Below are positions 1 through 7,197 of a DNA stretch of 32,000 bases, piece by piece. Source of the stretch: Mycolicibacterium smegmatis (lineage in GTDB: Bacteria; Actinomycetota; Actinomycetes; Mycobacteriales; Mycobacteriaceae). The stretch spans positions 6,840,001 to 6,872,000 of the forward strand of contig NZ_LN831039.1 in NCBI RefSeq assembly GCF_001457595.1. The letters are read 5' to 3'. The notes beneath the pieces were generated by a model that saw nothing but the letters and a program-made list of their open reading frames with translations, was not told the DNA's origin and did no database searches. Position numbers and translations under genes: made by a program. The first letter of the stretch is position 1. Each line of letters opens with the position of its first letter.

Positions 1-2
1 CC

Positions 3-122
3 GACCGCCTCACCGATGCCGAGGTCGCCGCACTCACCGCGGTCGAGGACGAACAGGGCGCAACCCTGGGCACCATGCCCGGCCGGATGCTCGACGCGTT
101 CACCCGCGCGATCGGTGCGTGA
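3..122 (+). CDS. C-terminal fragment of an unidentified protein (gene begins left of the window)
   Basis: Frame 3 reads DRLTDAEVAALTAVEDEQGATLGTMPGRMLDAFTRAIGA* with TGA at 120-122. It is convergent with the lacI-type gene ending at 134. Confidence 0.5.
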   Translation, partial: DRLTDAEVAALTAVEDEQGATLGTMPGRMLDAFTRAIGA

Positions 123-133
123 GTGGATGAGTG

Positions 134-1132
134 TCAGGCGCAACCGCACGAATTGCGGTGGTGGAACGTCGTCGGCACCCGGATGTGCTGCGCTGCACCG
201 TCATCCCCCTGGATACGTCGCAGCAACAGTTCGACCGCGGTGGCACCGATGGTCTCGACGTCCTGCGCGGCCGCGGTGAGCTTGGGCTCGAACAGATCCG
301 ACCACTCGAAGTCGTCGTAGCAGACGAACGCCACATCCCCCGGGATCGACAGTCCCAGACGGCGGATCGCCTTGAGGGTGCCGATGGTCATGGCGTTGTT
401 CATCGACACCAGCGCGGTCGGGCGATCGGCGCTCGACATCAGCGCGTACACGCCGCGCTCGGCGGCCTCGGTGTTGGATTCACCGTCGACGATCAACGAC
501 GCGTCGAGGTCGATCCCGCGATCGGACAGCGCCGCGACGTATCCGTCGAAACGTTCGGTGGTCGACGAAATCCCGGCGAGACCACGCACCACACCGACCC
601 TCGTGTGCCCGATGTCGAGCAGATGGTCGGTCAATGCCTTCGCCGACGACTCGTTCTCCGGGCCCACCTGATCGCTCTCGATGTCGGCGCCGCGGTCGAT
701 GAGCACCAGAGGCGTTCCCGCACGCGCGATCTCAGGAAGGGAGGCGCGCTCCGACCCGGCAGCGGGCGCTACGATCATGCCGTCGACCTTGCGGCCGAGA
801 AGCGAATCGACCACGCGCTTCTCGGATTCCGCCTCGTCGTGGGAGTCACCGACGATCAGCACGTACCCGGCGTCGGACAGTGCCCGCTCGACGGCGTGCA
901 CCAGGCTCCCGAAGTAGGGGTTGGTCAGCGCCGAGATAGACAGGCCGACGGTGTTGGTGCGTCCGGCGGCGAGTGCCCGCGCGACGACATTGCGCCGGTA
1001 CCCGGTCTGCTCGATCGCCTCCTCGACGCGAAGCCGGGTCTCGGCATTGACCTTGCGCGTGCCGTTGAGCACGTGCGACACCGTGGATGTCGACACGCCG
1101 GCAAGCCGGGCGACGTCATCCATCGTGGTCAC
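134..1132 (-). CDS. LacI family transcriptional regulator
   Basis: 332 aa. N-terminal MTTMDDVARLAGVSTSTVSHVLNGTRKVNAETRLRVEEAIEQTGYRRN is a classical LacI HTH, followed by a periplasmic-binding-like sensor domain. Last gene of the sugar operon. Confidence 0.95.
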   Translation of the reverse strand: MTTMDDVARLAGVSTSTVSHVLNGTRKVNAETRLRVEEAIEQTGYRRNVVARALAAGRTNTVGLSISALTNPYFGSLVHAVERALSDAGYVLIVGDSHDEAESEKRVVDSLLGRKVDGMIVAPAAGSERASLPEIARAGTPLVLIDRGADIESDQVGPENESSAKALTDHLLDIGHTRVGVVRGLAGISSTTERFDGYVAALSDRGIDLDASLIVDGESNTEAAERGVYALMSSADRPTALVSMNNAMTIGTLKAIRRLGLSIPGDVAFVCYDDFEWSDLFEPKLTAAAQDVETIGATAVELLLRRIQGDDGAAQHIRVPTTFHHRNSCGCA

Positions 1133-1779
1133 GGCACACGCACGATCCGGTCCGCGCGACCTGCGGTCGACTCGATCAGCTGCGCGTTGCGCTCGTCTGG
1201 CCCGAGTGCCCAGCGTTCGGCGTCCTGCGGGGATTTCCCGAACGCCTCATGACGACGCCGCAGGCGGTCGCGGCGGACCTCGGTGTCGAGCGTCAGGAAC
1301 CACACCTCGTCGATGCACGACCGCGCCGTCGGCCACGCATCACGGTCCAGCAGAAGGTAATTGCCCTCGGTGACCACCAGCGGCACCGTCGACGGAACCG
1401 GGATCGACGAGGCGATGGACTCCTCGATCTCCCGGTGGAACCGCGGTGCGTACACCACCGGGTCACCGACGCGCTGCGCCCGCAGCGTAGCGATCAACCG
1501 CGCGTACCCGCCGTCGTCGAAGGTGTCGTGTGCGCCCTTGCGGTCGCGCCGGCCGAGGTCGATCAGCACCTCGTTGGCCAGGTGGAAGCCGTCCATGGGA
1601 ACCAGAACGGCGACCTCCGGTCCCAGCGCGGCCACAAGTTGTTCGGCGACCGTGGACTTCCCGGCCGCCGGCGCGCCGGTGAGGCCGAGGATGCGGCGTT
1701 CGCCGGGAACGACGAGTGCTTTCGCCCACTCGACCATCTGGTCCAGTGTGGCCTCCTGCACGTCCTGCACGTTGGTCAC
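1129..1779 (-). CDS. P-loop nucleoside/sugar kinase family protein (PanK/FrcK-like)
   Basis: Walker A LTGAPAAGKST and a uridine/pantothenate-kinase-like MDGFH...EGNYLLLD pattern. GTG start at 1779 makes a 4-nt GTGA overlap with the upstream gene stop. The ORF track extends to 1845. Confidence 0.8.
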   Translation of the reverse strand: MTNVQDVQEATLDQMVEWAKALVVPGERRILGLTGAPAAGKSTVAEQLVAALGPEVAVLVPMDGFHLANEVLIDLGRRDRKGAHDTFDDGGYARLIATLRAQRVGDPVVYAPRFHREIEESIASSIPVPSTVPLVVTEGNYLLLDRDAWPTARSCIDEVWFLTLDTEVRRDRLRRRHEAFGKSPQDAERWALGPDERNAQLIESTAGRADRIVRVP

Positions 1780-2705
1780 CGTTCTCGCTTTCGAATCTGA
1801 TCGGGGAGTTTGCTCAACCACGCCCGTGGCCCGACCACCGAACACCGTAATGCCGCAACGCGCGACGAGCGATCGATGCGCTCGGCAACACCGCTGTCGG
1901 AGCGCGTCGAATAGTAGGCGTACGCGCCGTGGAACGCGTCACCGGCACCCAGGGTGTCGGCCACCGTCACCGGCGGCACCGGCACCTCACCGGATTCACC
2001 GCCGGACCACCACGTGACGGGATCGCCGCCGTGCGTGATGACCACGGTGCGGACACCGCTTTCCACCAACGCCGCAGCCGTGGCGTCCGAGGTGTCGGCG
2101 CCGGGTGTGCGGAAGTCACCGGAGCACACCATGTCCGAGACGTAGGGGACGAGGTCGGCCATCACGGGTTTCCATCGCCCCGCATCGACGACGACGGTGG
2201 TCCCGCGCTCGTACGCGTGCTGTGCGGCGGCGCGGGCCAACAGCGGATGGTGGCCGTCGACCAACACCACGTCGGCGGTGTCCACGTGGTCGCCGAGGTC
2301 CTCCGGCGGCGTTGCGTCCGACGTCACGGCATCGGACGAGATCACCGACCGGTCGCCGGTGGATTCGACGACGGCGACCGACGAGACGGGCACGGGCCGA
2401 ACCGAACCCGCTGTCGCGTCGATGACGCTCACGCCGCACACGGTCAGGTCGGCGCGGATCAGATCAGCAACCGGATCATCACCGAGGGCCGTCACCAGCG
2501 TCGCCTCGCCGCCCAGTGCGGCGAAGGTGACCGCGGCGTTTGCCGCAGGCCCACCCGCGGCGACGAACTGCGCGGCCGAGGTGATCTTCTCGTTCACCGC
2601 AGGCGGTTTCGCGATGCGATGGATCACATCCAGCGTCGCCAACCCGACGAAGACCCCGACCGGGGCCCGCCGCGGGTTTTCCTCAGAGACCGGCGCGTTC
2701 CTCAT
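1776..2705 (-). CDS. PfkB family carbohydrate kinase
   Basis: VAAGGPAANAAVTFAALG near the N-terminus and the signature VADTLGAGDAFHGAY near the C-terminus. Start could be 2705 or 2723. Confidence 0.9.
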   Translation of the reverse strand: MRNAPVSEENPRRAPVGVFVGLATLDVIHRIAKPPAVNEKITSAAQFVAAGGPAANAAVTFAALGGEATLVTALGDDPVADLIRADLTVCGVSVIDATAGSVRPVPVSSVAVVESTGDRSVISSDAVTSDATPPEDLGDHVDTADVVLVDGHHPLLARAAAQHAYERGTTVVVDAGRWKPVMADLVPYVSDMVCSGDFRTPGADTSDATAAALVESGVRTVVITHGGDPVTWWSGGESGEVPVPPVTVADTLGAGDAFHGAYAYYSTRSDSGVAERIDRSSRVAALRCSVVGPRAWLSKLPDQIRKRER

Positions 2706-3474
2706 CGGTCGGCTCCTCCGCACCGGTCATGAGCGCGACGACCTCGGACATCGAGCGCTTCTTCGGGTCGACGACTCCGGCACGCTGCCCGAGTCGGTGG
2801 ATGTGGATCCGGTCGGACACCTCGAACACGTGCGGCATGTCGTGGCTGATGAGCACCACCGGGATGCCGCGGTCGCGAATCGATTTGATCAGGTCGATGA
2901 CCTGACCGGATTCCCGCACGCCGAGGGCCGCGGTGGGTTCGTCCATGATGATCACGCCCCGGCCGAACGCCGCGGCCCGCGCCACCGCGACGCCTTGGCG
3001 CTGCCCACCGGACAGTGTCTCCACGGCCTGGCCGACCGACTTGATGCCGATCTTCAGGTCCGCGAGGTGCTGCGAGGCGTCCTGGCGCATCCTGGGCATG
3101 TCCAGCCGGCGGAAGAGCCTGCCCGCGACGCCTTTTCGACGGACCTCGCGGCCGAGATACAGGTTCGAGGCGATGTCGAGGGCAGGCACGACCGCGAGGT
3201 CCTGGTACACCGTCTCGATGCCCGCGGCCCGGGCGTCGCGGGTGTTCCGGAACGACACGGGTTCGCCGTTCATCAGGATCTGTCCCGCGTCGGGCACGAT
3301 GGCCCCCGCCAAAGCCTTGATCAGGCTGGACTTTCCGGCACCGTTGTCGCCGACGACCGCGAGGACCTCCCCGGCGCGCAGTTCGAAGTCGGCGCCGTTG
3401 ATCGCGGTCACGTTGCCGTATCTCTTGACCAGCCCGCGGGCTTCGAGAACGGGTGCGCTTGCTGTACCGGTCAC
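2683..3474 (-). CDS. Sugar ABC transporter ATP-binding protein (RbsA/FrcA-like, single cassette)
   Basis: Walker A VVGDNGAGKSSLIKALAG, signature LSGGQRQGVAVARA, Walker B VIIMDEPTAALG. GTG start at 3474 overlaps the permease stop (GTGA). The longer ORF upstream is a shadow extension. Confidence 0.93.
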   Translation of the reverse strand: MTGTASAPVLEARGLVKRYGNVTAINGADFELRAGEVLAVVGDNGAGKSSLIKALAGAIVPDAGQILMNGEPVSFRNTRDARAAGIETVYQDLAVVPALDIASNLYLGREVRRKGVAGRLFRRLDMPRMRQDASQHLADLKIGIKSVGQAVETLSGGQRQGVAVARAAAFGRGVIIMDEPTAALGVRESGQVIDLIKSIRDRGIPVVLISHDMPHVFEVSDRIHIHRLGQRAGVVDPKKRSMSEVVALMTGAEEPTDEERAGL

Positions 3475-4490
3475 CGTGATCTCCTCCGCGCGAATTGATC
3501 CACCGCAACGGCCACGATCACGAGGATGCCGGTGGCGATGTTCTGGTAGAGGCTGTCGACGCCGGCCTGGGTGAGGCCGTTGCGCAGCACCGCGACGATC
3601 AGCATGCCCACGAGCGTGCCGCCGACACCGCCGCGTCCGCCGAACAGGCTGGTGCCGCCGATGACCACCGCGGTGATGGTCTCCAAGTTGGCGTTCTGGT
3701 ACGCGTTGGGGTCGGCGTTCGGGATGCGGCCCAGCGCGGCCCACGCCGCGATCGCGGCGATCACCCCGGTGACGAGGTAGACCGAGAACAGCACCCGGCC
3801 GGACTTGACGCCGAGCAGGTCTGCCGACTGCGGATTGCCGCCTACGGCGTAAACGTGTTTGCCCCATGCGGTTTGGGACAGCGCGTACCACACGACGGCG
3901 TACACCAGCAGCATCGCCACCACGCCGTACGTCGTGGAGAACGACCCGATGCGAAACGACGTGCCGAGGAAGGTCAGCGGGCCTGGCTCCACGCGGTAGG
4001 TCTCCGACCCGGCGAGCAACCGGGTGCCGGCCAGGATCGCGGTGAAGGTTCCCAGCGTCACGATGAACGGCGGCAGGCGCAGGGTGGTGACGAGCCCGCC
4101 GTTGATCGCGCCGAACGCCACGCACACCAGCAGCGTGGCGCCCAGCGCGAGGAACGGCCCACCGGAGCCTGCGGTCTGGGCCATCACGATCGTGCCGAAC
4201 ACGGCCACCGCGCCGATCGACAGGTCGATGCCCGCGGTGAGGATGATCAGCGTCTGGCCGACGGCGAGGATGCCGACGACCACCGACTGCTGCAGGATCA
4301 GCGACACGTTCTGTGGGTTGAGGAACGAGTTCGAGATGGAGCTGAAGACGATGATTGCGATCACGAGCGCCACCAGCGGGCCGACCAGCGGTTCACGCAG
4401 GAGGGTGCCCACGTTGATCCGCTTGGCCGCCGGTGGCGGTGGCGTCGCGGGAGCGGTTGCGGTCACAACGGTCTCTGAGGTTTCGGCCAT
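3471..4490 (-). CDS. Sugar ABC transporter permease (RbsC/FrcC-like)
   Basis: About 339 aa, multiple TM segments, with GILIVVAVAVDQFARR at the C-terminus and LIILTAGIDLSIGAV, typical of BPD_transp_2 ribose/fructose permeases. ATG at 4488-4490. Confidence 0.93.
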   Translation of the reverse strand: MAETSETVVTATAPATPPPPAAKRINVGTLLREPLVGPLVALVIAIIVFSSISNSFLNPQNVSLILQQSVVVGILAVGQTLIILTAGIDLSIGAVAVFGTIVMAQTAGSGGPFLALGATLLVCVAFGAINGGLVTTLRLPPFIVTLGTFTAILAGTRLLAGSETYRVEPGPLTFLGTSFRIGSFSTTYGVVAMLLVYAVVWYALSQTAWGKHVYAVGGNPQSADLLGVKSGRVLFSVYLVTGVIAAIAAWAALGRIPNADPNAYQNANLETITAVVIGGTSLFGGRGGVGGTLVGMLIVAVLRNGLTQAGVDSLYQNIATGILVIVAVAVDQFARRRSR

Positions 4491-4491
4491 C

Positions 4492-5490
4492 TCAGCCCCA
4501 GCAGTTCTGCTCGCCCCATGCGGTGTCCTTCGACTCGAGCCCCGGCATCGGCTTGTCGGTGATGAGCTCTGACCCGGTGTCGTTGAACCCGCTGGGCTTG
4601 GTGCCGTCCTCGGCGAACTTGACCACCGCCTGCACACCCAGCTCGGCCATCTTCGCCGGGAACTGCATGACCGTCGCGCCGATCTTTCCGGCCTTCACAT
4701 CCGCGACACCCGTGCAGCTTCCGTCGATGGACCCGATGGTGACCTGGTCTGCGCGACCGACAGCCTGGATCGCCTGGTAGGCGCCGGCCGCCGCGGGCTC
4801 GTTGATGGTGTAGAGCGCGTTGACGCCCGGGGCGCGCTGCAGCAGGTTCTCCATGGCGGTCTGGGCCTTGGTCTGGTCGCCGTTGGTGTTCTCCTGGCCG
4901 ACGATCTCCGGTGAGTTGTCGGTGAGACCGAAGCCCTCGAGGAATCCGTCGTGGCGGAAGGTGTCGACGGTGCCGCCCGGCGTGCCGTCGAGCATCACGA
5001 CCTGGGGCGGGGTGTTGCCCAGCGCCGCCTTGACCCACTTGCCCTGGGCCACGCCCGCGGCCTTGTTGTCCGTCGCGAATGTGGCGTCGACGGCGTCCTC
5101 GGGGTCGGTGGCGGTGTCGAGCGCGATGACGACGACGCCCGCATCACGTGCCTTCTTGATGGCGTCGAGCACGCCGGTGGAGGAGTTCGGGGTGATCAGG
5201 ATGCCTTTGACGCCCTGACCGACCATGTTCTCGATGGCCGTGACCTGGCCTTCGTTGTCGCCGTCGAACGCCCCGGCGACCGCGATGAGTTGCGCGCCGT
5301 CCTTGTCGGCCTGCGCCTGGGCGGCCTCGCGAAGGTGCACGAAGTAGGGGTTCGAATCGGTCTTGGTGATCAGACCGACCTTCACGCCGTCGGACCCGGA
5401 GCCGCCGCAGGCGGTCATCCCGAGAACCAGCGAGCCTGCCATGAGGGCAGCTCCGACCGTGCGGGTGTTTCTGGTGACCTTTCTGAACAT
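4492..5490 (-). CDS. Sugar ABC transporter substrate-binding lipoprotein
   Basis: 332 aa. Signal with lipobox LVLGMTACGG, then VKVGLITKTDSNPYFVHLREAAQAQA, typical of Peripla_BP_4 sugar-binding proteins. Confidence 0.93.
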   Translation of the reverse strand: MFRKVTRNTRTVGAALMAGSLVLGMTACGGSGSDGVKVGLITKTDSNPYFVHLREAAQAQADKDGAQLIAVAGAFDGDNEGQVTAIENMVGQGVKGILITPNSSTGVLDAIKKARDAGVVVIALDTATDPEDAVDATFATDNKAAGVAQGKWVKAALGNTPPQVVMLDGTPGGTVDTFRHDGFLEGFGLTDNSPEIVGQENTNGDQTKAQTAMENLLQRAPGVNALYTINEPAAAGAYQAIQAVGRADQVTIGSIDGSCTGVADVKAGKIGATVMQFPAKMAELGVQAVVKFAEDGTKPSGFNDTGSELITDKPMPGLESKDTAWGEQNCWG

Positions 5491-5554
5491 CTGGACTCCC
5501 TCGTCCTGGTGCGGCGCCGGGCGCGCCGCGTGCTGTGCATCACACTAGACGGCG

Positions 5555-5577
5555 CGCAAGCGCTTGCGTAAGCGCTT
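5555..5577. promoter_or_regulatory. Tandem LacI-family operator-like palindromes
   Basis: CGCAAGCGCTTGCG (5555-5568) is a 14-bp perfect palindrome. AAGCGCTT recurs at 5570-5577, with its centre 12 bp away. Located about 65-90 bp upstream of the binding-protein start. Confidence 0.75.
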
Positions 5578-5705
5578 TCGCGAAGTTTTTCGGACTTTTT
5601 CGATCAAGCTCCTCATGTCGCCCGGCGGCGCCGCGCGTAACGCCACGGTGGAACAACGCGCCGCAGGCCGCCACTGCGTCACGCGCGGCGCGTTACCGTC
5701 GATCG

Positions 5706-7118
5706 GTGAGGCTGTCCCGGTCGCGCCTTCTGGTGCTCTGCGCCATCGGTGCTGTCGCGGTGGCCACCTCGTGCGGTCGGCCCGCACCCGCGCCCCGCGA
5801 ACCGGTCCCGCCGACCAGTACGGCCACCGCCTCGCCGACCGCGCCTCCGCCGCAGGTGACCCAGCCCGTGACACCGACGGGTGACTTCTCCGCGGTCACC
5901 TGGCTCGTCGACGCCGCCGTCGCGGCACGCCGGTTGCCGGGTGCGGTGGTCCAGATCGGGCACGCGGGCAAGATCGTGTTCCGCGAGGCGTTCGGTGTGC
6001 GCAAGCTCGACGGCGAGCCGGGCCTGGACGGTTCCCCGTCACCCGCCGAACCGATGACCGAGGACACCCTCTTCGACCTGGCGTCCCTGACGAAGAGCAT
6101 CGCGACGACCACGGCCGTCCTGCAGCTCTACGAGCAGGGCAAGATCCGCCTCGACGAGCCCGTGCAGACGTACCTGCCGGACTTCAACCCCACCGCCGAT
6201 CCGCGCCGCGCGCGGGTGACGTTGCGCATGTTGCTCACTCACACGTCGGGTATCGCGGGGGACCTGAGCCTGGACGGGCCGTGGGGGCTGACCGCGGCCG
6301 ACAAGGCCGAGGGCGTCAAGCGTGCGCTGGCCGCGTGGGTGGTGTTCGAGCCCGGCGCGATGTTCCACTACTCCGACATCGGGTTCATCATCCTCGGCAC
6401 CCTGGTCGAGAAGATCACCGGACAATCCCTGGACGGCTACGTGCGCAAGCATGTGTTCGCACCGCTGCACATGTCCGACACGTACTACCTGCCCGCAGCG
6501 AACGCGTGCGGACCGCACGAGATACGTGGCAACGCACTGGTTTCCGACCCGGACGGACCGCGGGCGACCGACTGCCCGGCCGATTCCTGGAGCACCGGCC
6601 TGCTGACTCGCGTCGCCCCCACCGCGCTGGACGAGGACACTCCTGGCATCAACCCGCATTTCGGGCTGCCGCTGCGCGGGACCGTGCACGACCCGACGGC
6701 ACGCCGCATGGGCGGGGTGGCCGGGAGCGCAGGCGTGTTCACGACAGTCCACGACCTGGGCCTGTTCGCGCAGGCACTACTGGACCGACGGGCCAACCGC
6801 CCCAGCACTTTTCCGTTGCAGCAGGCCACGGTCGAATTGATGACCACACCGCAGCAGCCCGGCGCCGGACCGGATCTGCGTGGTCTGGGCTGGGACATCG
6901 ACACGCCCCACTCGCGACCACGCGGCACAGTGCTCCCGGTCGGCAGCTTCGGCCACACCGGGTTCACCGGGGTCTCGATGTGGATGGACCCGGGGTCGGA
7001 CACCTACGTGATCGTTTTGGCGAACGTCATCCACCAGCGCGGCGGCCCGCCGATCGCGACGCTCAGCGGTGAGGTGGCCACGGAGGCCGCACGTGCGCTG
7101 CACCTTTACGGCACCTGA
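5706..7118 (+). CDS. Serine hydrolase (beta-lactamase/class C-like) lipoprotein
   Basis: GTG start gives VRLSRSRLLVLCAIGAVAVATSCG (lipobox). SxxK motif in DLASLTKSIATTTAV, then MLLTHTSGIAG, YSDIGF and FGHTGFTG. Confidence 0.88.
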   Translation: MRLSRSRLLVLCAIGAVAVATSCGRPAPAPREPVPPTSTATASPTAPPPQVTQPVTPTGDFSAVTWLVDAAVAARRLPGAVVQIGHAGKIVFREAFGVRKLDGEPGLDGSPSPAEPMTEDTLFDLASLTKSIATTTAVLQLYEQGKIRLDEPVQTYLPDFNPTADPRRARVTLRMLLTHTSGIAGDLSLDGPWGLTAADKAEGVKRALAAWVVFEPGAMFHYSDIGFIILGTLVEKITGQSLDGYVRKHVFAPLHMSDTYYLPAANACGPHEIRGNALVSDPDGPRATDCPADSWSTGLLTRVAPTALDEDTPGINPHFGLPLRGTVHDPTARRMGGVAGSAGVFTTVHDLGLFAQALLDRRANRPSTFPLQQATVELMTTPQQPGAGPDLRGLGWDIDTPHSRPRGTVLPVGSFGHTGFTGVSMWMDPGSDTYVIVLANVIHQRGGPPIATLSGEVATEAARALHLYGT

Positions 7119-7197
7119 TCCCCAGGACTTTGTCCACAGCCCCTCATGCCTTTGAGCTGCACCGACGTCGAATTACACACATGTTATTCACAACCGG

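Noticed and set aside
131-1252. 373-aa plus-strand ORF antisense to lacI
   Set aside because: It lies opposite a clear LacI reading frame, has Arg/Gly/His-rich low-information translation and no recognisable motif. This is a typical GC-rich shadow ORF.
3475-4125. Upstream part of the 480-aa ORF ending at 2683 (residues before the GTG at 3474)
   Set aside because: It overlaps the permease frame and has no similarity to ABC ATPases. The real ATPase begins at the GTG that overlaps the permease stop.
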